From Nitrososphaeraceae archaeon (GTDB taxonomy: Archaea; Thermoproteota; Nitrososphaeria; Nitrososphaerales; Nitrososphaeraceae): a stretch of DNA of 64,000 nucleotides. A model generated the notes under the pieces. That model saw only the letters and a program-made list of their open reading frames with translations, did no database searches and was not told where the DNA came from. The stretch lies in NCBI GenBank assembly GCA_035454925.1, contig DATIFZ010000067.1, positions 2,960-66,959 on the forward strand, read 5' to 3'. The translations under genes and the position numbers were made by a program. Of this stretch, positions 49,868 through 59,071 are shown one piece after another (position 1 is the first letter of the stretch; every line of letters starts with the position of its first letter).

Positions 49868-49882
49868 TTTTGGTGCAACAGA

Positions 49883-50269
49883 GTGGATAAGAATTCCAGT
49901 ACACATGAGCGATTCATTGAGACTGCAAAGAACGGAAAAATTCTCGCCAGTAAATGCAGGAATTGTGGTAAAGTTATGCTTGAGACAATGTATTACTGCA
50001 GTGGGTGCTCCAAAAGTGATTTTGAATTTGTTGAATTTCCGGGTATTGGCACAGTAGTGACTCATACAATTCAGTCAGTAGCGCCCGAAGGTTTTGAGGA
50101 TGTCAACTCGTACGCCTGGGTAGTCTTCAAGCTGAAGGATGCTCCATTTTCAGCTTCAGGCTTTCTGCCAGGAATTAAAATACCTTCTGATTTACCGATA
50201 GGCTCAAAGGTCATAGTAAAAGGATATGATGCCAAACATGGACTTACATTAGAAAAACAAGCAGACTAA
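49883..50269 (+). CDS. DUF35 zinc-ribbon + OB-fold protein (thiolase partner)
   Basis: CRNCGKV...C..C ribbon followed by an OB-like segment. Starts 16 nt after the thiolase stop. Confidence 0.85.
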   Translation: MDKNSSTHERFIETAKNGKILASKCRNCGKVMLETMYYCSGCSKSDFEFVEFPGIGTVVTHTIQSVAPEGFEDVNSYAWVVFKLKDAPFSASGFLPGIKIPSDLPIGSKVIVKGYDAKHGLTLEKQAD

Positions 50270-50410
50270 CTGCATTTTTTTTGAGTCCCCTATTTTCCTT
50301 ATCCTGAAGAAGGTTTCGATATGTACTAGAAATCACTTTGATTAGCTTTATGTTACTTCTTTGTTGACAGACACTGACAATTATTCTTACATTCATGCAA
50401 AACAATATTT

Positions 50411-51016
50411 TTGTTGATGCAGCATAGTACACAGCTTCAGAACGATCTGTCAAGTGCTGCTCAAGTTATTAGTAATCAGATTACAAAATTAAACAAGCTC
50501 TCAAAGAAATTTGATATTATGGATACTCACTTTAGAAAACAAATTGTACAAAACATTAAAGGGGGTAACAATGTTCGCGCCAAGGCATTAGCCAATGAGC
50601 TTGTAAACATACATAGAATCCAACACACTACAAAAAATATGGCAATGTCCCTTGAAGTTGTAGCTCTCCGCTCTGCAATAATAGGTGAATTTGCAATTAT
50701 CATGGATACGATAAATCCAACTATAGATTTGATAAAAGATATCGAGAGAGATATTTCAATGGTAATCCCCACTGCACATGAGGTGTTAAACGATGTTACA
50801 AAAGCTTCATCTGAAATTTTGAATTACAATGTTAATCCCGAGCTCAAAATATCTATGCCTGTAGACGAGGAGGCACTAAAAATTCTAGGAGAAGTTGAAG
50901 AGAGTGTTGAAGAAGAGACTAGACAAAAGCTACCTGACATACCTGCTACAATTAATGTGGTGAAAAAGAGAAATGAATTAGAATCCCTATTAGAGGAAAA
51001 TGAAGTTATGATATAA
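50411..51016 (+). CDS. cdvB: ESCRT-III/Snf7-family protein (CdvB paralogue)
   Basis: Helical hairpin with KGGNNVRAKALANELVNIHRI (the CdvB-like kGn..rAk.yA.El..iRk pattern) and an acidic C-terminal tail. Confidence 0.65.
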   Translation: MLMQHSTQLQNDLSSAAQVISNQITKLNKLSKKFDIMDTHFRKQIVQNIKGGNNVRAKALANELVNIHRIQHTTKNMAMSLEVVALRSAIIGEFAIIMDTINPTIDLIKDIERDISMVIPTAHEVLNDVTKASSEILNYNVNPELKISMPVDEEALKILGEVEESVEEETRQKLPDIPATINVVKKRNELESLLEENEVMI

Positions 51017-51131
51017 TTTTGATTTTCTAACATAAGTTGGTATATTGTTTAGTGGGTTAATTGTTTTGTACTGTTAGTCAATAACTATTTACGACCCAAT
51101 TTTAAATTATCTCAAGATAATATCGGGTGAG

Positions 51132-53255
51132 ATGGAGATAGAGGCGAGCCATGATCTAATAACTCAATCTGAAACTAAGCCTAGTGGCATTTTACAAGCA
51201 GCAAAAAGAGTTAGAATGATTTTCTCTGTTATGGCGAGTCCTAACAGAATCGATATTTTGCGAATCTTAAATTCAAAAGGACCTTTAACTTATTCTGAAT
51301 TAAAATCGTTAGCTGGTTTCAAATCTAAAAAGGAATCAGGTAAATTTGCTTACCATTTAAGGAAGCTCTTGAGGCAGTCACTTGTCGCATTAAATAAGGC
51401 GGAAAGGAGGTACACGATTACCAATCTCGGAAAACTTGTCCTGAGTCTGGCAAGACAAATTGAAGAGAGATCCATTATTGAAAGCGGCAAAATGTACGTG
51501 CGAACTTCTAGACATTCAATCGAAGAATTTAATTCTAATAGAATAACTCAATCATTGGTCCGGGAAGCCAACATGCCTCTTGAACAGGCGCATAAGATAA
51601 CTGAAGAAGTGGAAAACAAAGTTTACAAATTCCAAACGGTCTATCTTACTTCCTCTCTCATTAGAGAGACTGTCAATTCGATATTAATTGAGCATGGTTA
51701 TGAGGAATTCAGATCAAAACTAGCTAGACTAGGTCTTCCGGGCTCCGATATCTCTGAAATGTTTAACAATCCTTTATATAGCAAAAATGGTGTGGAAGGA
51801 ATTTTATCAGAAACATCTCTTGCAGTTTTTTCCGAAAATCTGCTATTCAACACGTTACCTAAGGATATAACTGATATGCATCTTGCCGGCGAACTAAATA
51901 TTTCAAACACCGGGCTTTGGAACTTGGTGCCTGACACCGTATTTATTGATACTCGCAATATCATTGAAAATGGTCTAGACTTTAAAGGAAAATACTTGAA
52001 TGTTTCAAGATTAAAGCCAATTCGGACACTTGATGACATTACAGAGGTTCTACCGGTATTGATTTCGGTCTTAAGCAGAGAAACTTCAAGGGAGATAATA
52101 CTTGATAATTTTGTTTCTAGCATTTCGAAGAGGATTCAGGAGAGTAGTGAATCAATAGAGGCTGCATTTTCTAGGGCATTTATATCATCATCCATTTCAA
52201 GGTCATTTTCATCTTCAGGTTTTCCAGTAGTTACTTTTCCTATCTATCTTGATGAAAGCTCGATAACCAGATCTATTTTGGTGGCCTACATGAAATATTT
52301 AGACCACACGCCTATTCCAACTATTGCGTTATCTCTTGTTGGTAAGGATCATGAGTCTCTAGGTACAAATTCGAATCTAATAGCTAGCATAGTCAAAAAT
52401 GGTGGAATTCTGTCCGCATCCAAGAACTTCAGAAGCCATATGGGGATTGTAAAAAATGCGGCTGACGAGAAAGCTAGTTCTATTGTAAGCTTGCAGTCCT
52501 TAGCAATAAATCTGCCAAGACTAGCCTATCAGTCAAATAAAGATGAAACCTATTTCAGAGCCAGATTAGCACTGATGATAAAGCCAGCTATTTCAGCTCT
52601 GTTGGCAAGAAAGAACTCCATACTGGAAATGATTCGAAGAGAAATGCTTCCTGTAGTGGCCAACATTACCCAAATGATGCAGTTAAGCAGGATGAATCTG
52701 GTAATTAACCTGACTGGAGTTAGGGAGTCGGTTTACAATATACTAGGACATGAATTTGACGGAGAAGAAATAATTCAAAAGGTATTACATACTGCTGTTG
52801 ATGTTGCTTCAGATCAAGGGAAACAATTTGGAGATGATTCCATAAGAATTGCTATGATCACAGATGACAGCAGTAATAGACTAGCTTCTTTAGACTCTGA
52901 AAAATATGGGAACATGTATCGACAAGCTGGTGATAAAATGATGATAAAGTCTTATTCACAAGGTCTTCTTGTAAACGGGCGAGATTTACTTGCAAATAGC
53001 GGTCCTATAATAGAATCAACTAACTCAATTGACGGATTACTGAATGGTGGCGTTTCTATCAATGTTGACACTAGTGATCTGGAGGATAACGAATTCATAG
53101 AGTCCGTTAACAAATCTTGCGGTTTCAATTTCTTCAGGCCAATATACAGGAACAAAATTTGTAGCTCGTGCGGCACCAAGATTTCTATGTCGTCCGAAGT
53201 TTGTAAAAGCTGCGGATCTACCAATTTTTCCAATATAATAATGCCGAATCAATAA
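51132..53255 (+). CDS. wHTH (ArsR-like) + ATP-cone + degenerate NrdD-like (class III RNR) body + C-terminal zinc ribbon; no glycyl-radical segment
   Basis: The wHTH reads SPNRIDILRILNSKGPLTYSELK..FAYHLRKL..RYTITNLG. The ATP-cone reads MYVRTSRHSIEEFNSNRITQSL...LTSSLIRETVNSILIEHGY. NrdD-like landmarks are MHLAGELNISN, ENGLDFKG...LKPIRTLDDI and LQSLAINLPRLAY. The ribbon is CSSCG...CKSCG, and the protein ends 14 aa after it. Confidence 0.7.
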   Translation: MEIEASHDLITQSETKPSGILQAAKRVRMIFSVMASPNRIDILRILNSKGPLTYSELKSLAGFKSKKESGKFAYHLRKLLRQSLVALNKAERRYTITNLGKLVLSLARQIEERSIIESGKMYVRTSRHSIEEFNSNRITQSLVREANMPLEQAHKITEEVENKVYKFQTVYLTSSLIRETVNSILIEHGYEEFRSKLARLGLPGSDISEMFNNPLYSKNGVEGILSETSLAVFSENLLFNTLPKDITDMHLAGELNISNTGLWNLVPDTVFIDTRNIIENGLDFKGKYLNVSRLKPIRTLDDITEVLPVLISVLSRETSREIILDNFVSSISKRIQESSESIEAAFSRAFISSSISRSFSSSGFPVVTFPIYLDESSITRSILVAYMKYLDHTPIPTIALSLVGKDHESLGTNSNLIASIVKNGGILSASKNFRSHMGIVKNAADEKASSIVSLQSLAINLPRLAYQSNKDETYFRARLALMIKPAISALLARKNSILEMIRREMLPVVANITQMMQLSRMNLVINLTGVRESVYNILGHEFDGEEIIQKVLHTAVDVASDQGKQFGDDSIRIAMITDDSSNRLASLDSEKYGNMYRQAGDKMMIKSYSQGLLVNGRDLLANSGPIIESTNSIDGLLNGGVSINVDTSDLEDNEFIESVNKSCGFNFFRPIYRNKICSSCGTKISMSSEVCKSCGSTNFSNIIMPNQ

Positions 53256-53299
53256 GTTTAAACCTTCATTGTGTTATTTTTAATTAAATAATATTTTTA

Positions 53300-53314
53300 A
53301 GCTAGGCTCTAGCT
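53300..53314. promoter_or_regulatory. palindrome AGCTAG-gct-CTAGCT between a TATA-like box and the nrdJ start codon
   Basis: Read directly. The TATA-like aaataatattttta is at about 53286-53299 and the ATG is at 53327. Confidence 0.3.
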
Positions 53315-53326
53315 GTATAGAACGTT

Positions 53327-56050
53327 ATGGCAAAGGAAATTACCGAAATTGATGATTCTTCGCACGCAAATAAAAAAGCTATCGCGCAAATTAGGAAGAG
53401 GGACAAAGGACTAGTTGATTTTAATAATTCAAAGATTTCTAATGCCATCTACAAAGCGTTAATGGCAGCAGGTAAAACAGATTACAAGCTTGCTGAAAGA
53501 TTATCAGAAAAAGTTGTCCAAAAAATGGATCAACAATTTTCTATTTTAGATACCAACCGAATTCCGAGTGTAGAAGATGTCCAGGATATGGTTGAATCAA
53601 TCTTGATTGAAGAAGGACTATCAGAAACTGCAAAGGCATATATTCTATACAGACATGAACGCCGCAAGGTTAGAGATGAAAAGAAGAAAATTCTAAATAA
53701 GAAGGATTTGGACGAAGTTGATAAGTCATTTGACATTAATTCTCTACGAGTGCTAGCTTCACGCTACTTGTTAAGAGATAACAATAATGATATAATAGAA
53801 GATCCTAAATTGCTTTTTGAACGGGTCGCAATTCTCGTAACAATCCCCGATATACTGCATGATGCAGAATTGTATTCAAATAGTGAAGTAGTAGTTCAAA
53901 ATATTACTGAAGCTGAAGAATATTACAAAAAAATTGATGATTTTCACATGAAACTAAAAATTGGCAATCACTATCTTAACCGATTTCATTTTGAATCAAT
54001 GATTAGGCATTACATTAACTTGGCAAAAAGTGGACGTATGAAAGTTAGCTTTAAGGACCTTTTGCGACTTATTGCCGAGGGGCGCCTGTCGAAGTACTCT
54101 GATAGAATTATTGAATATAATAATCTGATGGTTACAAAGGACTTTTTACCAAACACTCCAACTCTTATGAATGCTGGAGCAAAACTTGGCCAGCTGTCAG
54201 CATGTTTTGTATTGGATATGAAAGACGACATGACGGAGATTATGAAATCTTCCACTGACGCAGCAATGATTTTCAAATCTGGAGGAGGAGTTGGAATTAA
54301 TTACTCAAAACTTCGTCCCGAAGGTGATATCGTAGCATCAACCTCTGGTGTTGCTTCGGGACCGATCTCGTTCATGAGAATCATAGACACAATTACTGAT
54401 GTAGTAAAACAGGGCGGAAAAAGAAGGGGAGCAAACATGGGAATCATGGAATCATGGCATCCGGATATTGAAAAGTTCGTGACCGCCAAAACTAAGCCAG
54501 GCATATTCGAGAACTTTAACGTAAGCGTTGGAATTTGGAGTGATTTCTGGGAATCGATAATTAATGAAAATAATCATCGATACACACTGAAGAATCCTAC
54601 TACCAATGAACCCGTCAAGCAAATTGACTCACATCAGCTCTTGGATTTAATTACTTTTAGTGCATGGAAAAGTGCAGAGCCAGGCGTTATATTCTTTGAT
54701 AATATCAATAAATATAATCCGTGTATCAACGTAAAGGAAGGACCACTTAGAGCAACAAATCCCTGTGGGGAGCAATCATTATACCCATATGAGTCATGCA
54801 ATTTAGGATCCATCAATTTAGCAAACTTTGTGAAGCGTAATATAGATGGAAAGTATGAATTTGATTGGCAACGTTACGAGCAAGCAATACGTCTTTCGAC
54901 CCGATTTTTGGATAATGTAATAGACATGAACAAATATCCGGTTGAAGAAATCGAACATAATACACAGTTAACAAGGAGAATCGGACTAGGAATAATGGGT
55001 ATTGCTGATCTCCTATTTACTTTAGAGATACCATACAATTCGAAAGAAGGTTACGAGTTTATGAACAGAGTAGCTGAAGCACTTTCTTATTATAGCATGG
55101 AAGAAAGCGTTGCGATTGCAAAAGCAAGAGGCGCATTTCCATTATTCAACCAGACTGATTATGTTGAAGGAAAAATGATACCAGTGGCTGGATACTATGA
55201 AATTCCAAAACGATACCATTCTTATGACTGGGATTCATTAGTTGAGAAGATTGGTAAATATGGAATCAGAAACTCATGGACTACTACAATCGCACCTACC
55301 GGAACATTGTCTATGATAGCTGACACTTCGAACGGAGTCGAACCAGTTTTTGCACTAGTTTTCGAAAAACGGGTCACCGTAGGAAGATTCTTTTACACAA
55401 ATAGAATATTTGAAAATATGCTTAAAGAAAATGGCTTGTATAATGATGAAATTTTAACGAAAATTGCAAATAACTATGGTTCTGTGAGAGGATTGGCAGA
55501 AATCCCAGAAAGGCTACAGAAAATATTTGTAACAGCCATTGATGTGCATTGGACGGATCATCTTATGGCACAAGCAATTTGGCAAAAATGGATTAGCAAC
55601 GCAATAGCAAAAACTATTAACATGCCGTCTGATGTCACGGTCGAAGATATCAAGGCTGCCTATCTATTGTCTCATGAAATGGGATTGAAGGGCGTTACGG
55701 TCTACAGAGATGGCTCTAGGCATGAACAGGTGCTACATATAACTGGAAATGACAAAGAGAAAAAATTCATTGTAAAGCCAAGCTCTCATGTGGTTGACCA
55801 TATTCATAGTAACATTAAGCAAGATTATGTGATGAGCCAGGTTGAAAAAGTGTTTAGAGATACAGAAGAAATAGAGGCAACTGAAACCACAGTAAATGTA
55901 TCTCAATCCAAGCTGAAAATGAACATGAATGCACTGCCTAATGACTATCAGGAGCACGAAACGTGTCCGTCATGTAATGCAAGGCTGATAATAACTGAAG
56001 GCTGCAATATGTGCATTGAATGTGGATTTAGCTCTTGTATGTCAGGTTAA
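53327..56050 (+). CDS. nrdJ: adenosylcobalamin-dependent ribonucleotide reductase (class II) with N-terminal ATP-cone and C-terminal zinc ribbon
   Basis: ATP-cone (IRKRDKGLVDFNNSKISNAIYKA), PTLMNAG, SACFVL, NPCGEQSLYPYESCNLGSINL, TIAPTGT, C-terminal CPSC...CNMCIEC. Confidence 0.92.
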   Translation: MAKEITEIDDSSHANKKAIAQIRKRDKGLVDFNNSKISNAIYKALMAAGKTDYKLAERLSEKVVQKMDQQFSILDTNRIPSVEDVQDMVESILIEEGLSETAKAYILYRHERRKVRDEKKKILNKKDLDEVDKSFDINSLRVLASRYLLRDNNNDIIEDPKLLFERVAILVTIPDILHDAELYSNSEVVVQNITEAEEYYKKIDDFHMKLKIGNHYLNRFHFESMIRHYINLAKSGRMKVSFKDLLRLIAEGRLSKYSDRIIEYNNLMVTKDFLPNTPTLMNAGAKLGQLSACFVLDMKDDMTEIMKSSTDAAMIFKSGGGVGINYSKLRPEGDIVASTSGVASGPISFMRIIDTITDVVKQGGKRRGANMGIMESWHPDIEKFVTAKTKPGIFENFNVSVGIWSDFWESIINENNHRYTLKNPTTNEPVKQIDSHQLLDLITFSAWKSAEPGVIFFDNINKYNPCINVKEGPLRATNPCGEQSLYPYESCNLGSINLANFVKRNIDGKYEFDWQRYEQAIRLSTRFLDNVIDMNKYPVEEIEHNTQLTRRIGLGIMGIADLLFTLEIPYNSKEGYEFMNRVAEALSYYSMEESVAIAKARGAFPLFNQTDYVEGKMIPVAGYYEIPKRYHSYDWDSLVEKIGKYGIRNSWTTTIAPTGTLSMIADTSNGVEPVFALVFEKRVTVGRFFYTNRIFENMLKENGLYNDEILTKIANNYGSVRGLAEIPERLQKIFVTAIDVHWTDHLMAQAIWQKWISNAIAKTINMPSDVTVEDIKAAYLLSHEMGLKGVTVYRDGSRHEQVLHITGNDKEKKFIVKPSSHVVDHIHSNIKQDYVMSQVEKVFRDTEEIEATETTVNVSQSKLKMNMNALPNDYQEHETCPSCNARLIITEGCNMCIECGFSSCMSG

Positions 56051-56098
56051 ATCTCATTCAATTTTTTCTACTAGAACAGTTCCGTGGTATGGGGACTT

Positions 56099-56137
56099 AA
56101 AACAAATAGTCAAAACAAATAGTCAAAACAAATAGTC
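56099..56137. repeat. perfect 13-nt tandem repeat (aaaacaaatagtc x3)
   Basis: Read directly. It lies about 50 nt downstream of the nrdJ stop and about 130 nt upstream of eif6. Confidence 0.9.
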
Positions 56138-56264
56138 ATGGTAGTATCTGATTCATTGCCTTGATTTTTAAATGAAGAACCAAAATAGATAGTTTCTTAT
56201 TTTAGTCGTCCATAAGAAAAATATTGTCTTATGATGTTCACATAGTGGAGAGGATAACCACCTC

Positions 56265-56927
56265 TTGATCCACAAGTATGATGTCTACAGAAGTCCAAAT
56301 GTGGGTCTATTCTTACGAGCAAATGATAACACACTTCTACTTCCCTTTGGGTTTGCAGATACTAAAACTAAAAAACTTCAGGAATATCTAAATGTTAAAA
56401 AAATAATACATGTTTCTATTGCTGGGACCAGATTGATTGGCCCCATGACCGTCATGAATAACAATGGAATGTTATTACCATCGACAGCTTCAGATGAAGA
56501 GATTCGTATCCTTAAGCAGACAGGATTGAATGTAGAACGACTACAAAGTAAGTTTACCGCAATCGGAAACTTAATTCTAGCCAACGATAAAGGAGCAATA
56601 GTTTCAAGTTTATTCAATAGTGAAGTGCATCAAAGTATTAGAGATGTTTTGGGCGTTCCTATTCAAACAATGTCCATAGGTGGGTATGTTCAGGTTGGAT
56701 CAATGGTTGTGACTACAAACGCTGGAGCTATTGTTTATCCAAATGCCAATGATCGGGAAATCAAGAGCATAGCAGAAATACTTCAGGTCGAAGCAGAACC
56801 AGCAACCATTAATGGTGGTTCACCGTTTCTGTCATCGGGTATCATCGCTAATTTCAAATCAGCAATAGTAGGAAGTTTAACTACTGGACCTGAATTAATA
56901 ATGTTAACTAGGGCGCTAAAGATATGA
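56265..56927 (+). CDS. eif6: translation initiation factor 6 (aIF6)
   Basis: Five-fold pseudo-repeat with SPNVGLF, IAGTRLIGPMTVMNNNGMLLP, IGNLILANDKGAIVS. TTG start. Confidence 0.9.
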   Translation: MIHKYDVYRSPNVGLFLRANDNTLLLPFGFADTKTKKLQEYLNVKKIIHVSIAGTRLIGPMTVMNNNGMLLPSTASDEEIRILKQTGLNVERLQSKFTAIGNLILANDKGAIVSSLFNSEVHQSIRDVLGVPIQTMSIGGYVQVGSMVVTTNAGAIVYPNANDREIKSIAEILQVEAEPATINGGSPFLSSGIIANFKSAIVGSLTTGPELIMLTRALKI

Positions 56928-57016
56928 TTCGTTTCGTAAAATTCTATATGTGAATTGACTTTACATCTATTTGTATAATTTATTGTAGAATTACAACTGA
57001 ATCATTTGTTCAAATT

Positions 57017-57946
57017 TTACTTAAGGTATATGTTGGGACTGAGACGCGAAGATGATATAGCGTGATCATCAGTGGGAAAAAGAGCGTCTATACTAGAATC
57101 CTCTATTTTGATACTAGTAGCGTTGATTTCAGAGTCAGATAAACTATATGTTTCCTTTAATAGAGAATTTATGCGAGATAATTGATCGTAAATTTGATTA
57201 GTATTGGAAGCTAATGAAACTTCCAATACTTGCCCTAATAATTCCTTAGGTATTTTTCCGCTAGAATCATTTACTATTCTAAAATCAATTTTACTGAAAA
57301 GCATTTCACTGGGAAGTTGGGGCAATGCGTTTGCGGTATAAAAAACTTGCACGTCAATCAGATTTGATTGCTGTTCATTAACAGATCTTAAAATTGACAC
57401 TTGAGGATTATTTGGATCGGGGAACGCACTAATCATGCCATCGCTAATAGGTAAAGACAATAATATAAATCCCTCTAACAAGTTCTTACTAATGGTAACT
57501 AATGGAAGAATGTCTTTGCATGTGATACCTGTAGAGCTTTCAGGTTTAAGGATCTTGATGATTGAATTTGAAGAATTTGCATCATTAGGTATGACATTCC
57601 AAAATATTTTAATCGGATAATCTTGCTTGTTAAGTATGCTTATGTCAGTATCATAATGACCTGGTCTTACGGGCCCTTCATTAGAGGATACATTACCACA
57701 AAGAAATTTTGGAGTGTAAGTTACAGTCTTAACGGAGTAGTTTTTTAGATCTGATAGAACAGGTGATTGAAATTTGGATTTAGTACCTAGCACCACAGTA
57801 TTGTTCATGGGTCTAGTAGCATCAGTATCATTTTTTGTTGTTGGATCCATGTTTTGACCAAATGCGTACCCAATATCCTTTTGTGTCATAAATCCAAATG
57901 TCAACATCAAAAAAAGAAATAATGAAAATAATCCAATCTTATTCAA
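57017..57946 (-). CDS. secreted hypothetical protein
   Basis: Signal peptide MNKIGLFSLFLFLMLTFGFM..AFG. No other motif. Confidence 0.5.
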   Translation of the reverse strand: MNKIGLFSLFLFLMLTFGFMTQKDIGYAFGQNMDPTTKNDTDATRPMNNTVVLGTKSKFQSPVLSDLKNYSVKTVTYTPKFLCGNVSSNEGPVRPGHYDTDISILNKQDYPIKIFWNVIPNDANSSNSIIKILKPESSTGITCKDILPLVTISKNLLEGFILLSLPISDGMISAFPDPNNPQVSILRSVNEQQSNLIDVQVFYTANALPQLPSEMLFSKIDFRIVNDSSGKIPKELLGQVLEVSLASNTNQIYDQLSRINSLLKETYSLSDSEINATSIKIEDSSIDALFPTDDHAISSSRLSPNIYLK

Positions 57947-58064
57947 ACTGCAGACTTTATTAAAAATCTCTAATATATGCTATAGAGAAAAATAATCAAT
58001 TAATCGAAAATAGATGAGAATCTTTTTGTAAAAGCGTTATAACATAATATGATGGTGGTCATCA

Positions 58065-59003
58065 ATGAAGACTAATAGATTCTTCAATCGAGATGTTGTT
58101 TCAATTAAGGATTTTAAAAGAGAGGATCTTGAATATTTATTTGAAAAAACGGATAAGATGAAGAAGCTTAATCCCAAAGAAAAGGACGAATTAGGAAAAG
58201 CCAGGATAATGGGATATCTGTTTTATGAACCAAGTACCAGAACCAGAATGAGTTTTGAGGCTGCAATGGCATCGATAGGCGGTAGCTCCATTGGAATATC
58301 TGACCTGAAATCATCTTCAATAGAAAAGGGAGAGAGTTTGCAAGACACTGTGAGGGTTATGGATCTTTATTCAGATATCATGATTCTGCGTCATCAACTT
58401 GATGGATCGAGCAAATTTGCAGCAGAAATTTCTGATCATCCTATCATTAATGGTGGTAGCGGAAGTGAAGAGCATCCAACACAAGCTATGCTGGATTTAT
58501 ATACAATAACAAAGGAAAAAAAGAAAATTGATGGATTAAAAATTTGTATATTGGGAGACTTGAAATATGGCAGAACAATTTACTCCTTATTATACGGACT
58601 TTCTAATTATGATGTAGAAATCATTTTAGTTTCACCGCCAACATTACAAATTCGACAAGAGTCCATTTATGGTTTAAAAGATAAAATGAAAATTATAGAA
58701 TTAACAGAATTAAACGACACAGTTTTTCAAAATTCAGACATATTATACGTGACTAGGATACAAAAGGAAAGATTTTCAGACCCACAGGAATATGAAAAAG
58801 TTAAAGGCACGTATACAATAGATAGTAACATCCTGAAGCGGTTTAAATCTGATATCTCTATTATGCATCCCTTGCCTAGAATAGATGAAATATCGCAGGA
58901 TATAGACAGTAGATCAAATGCAATTTATTTTAAGCAAGCATCTTATGGCAAGGATTTAAGATCAGCACTGTTGGCATTAATATTAAATGAATCTCCCCTT
59001 TAA
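58065..59003 (+). CDS. pyrB: aspartate carbamoyltransferase catalytic subunit
   Basis: FYEPSTRTRMSFE, HPTQ, HPLPR. Confidence 0.95.
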   Translation: MKTNRFFNRDVVSIKDFKREDLEYLFEKTDKMKKLNPKEKDELGKARIMGYLFYEPSTRTRMSFEAAMASIGGSSIGISDLKSSSIEKGESLQDTVRVMDLYSDIMILRHQLDGSSKFAAEISDHPIINGGSGSEEHPTQAMLDLYTITKEKKKIDGLKICILGDLKYGRTIYSLLYGLSNYDVEIILVSPPTLQIRQESIYGLKDKMKIIELTELNDTVFQNSDILYVTRIQKERFSDPQEYEKVKGTYTIDSNILKRFKSDISIMHPLPRIDEISQDIDSRSNAIYFKQASYGKDLRSALLALILNESPL

Positions 59004-59071
59004 GGGATTTCTGTTATTTTATTTTTTTATTTGTGAAGATTAGATGCATGTTGAAATAATTCTTCAATTTG

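Noticed and set aside
51132-53255. Annotation as a functional anaerobic (class III) ribonucleotide reductase
   Set aside because: There is no glycyl-radical segment after the zinc ribbon, the IHIHD-type motif is degenerate, no NrdG lies nearby, and the gene context is aerobic. I interpret it as a pseudo-enzyme or regulator instead (see findings).
56099-56137. CRISPR array
   Set aside because: It consists of three contiguous 13-nt units with no spacers. No other regularly spaced repeats were seen anywhere in the window.
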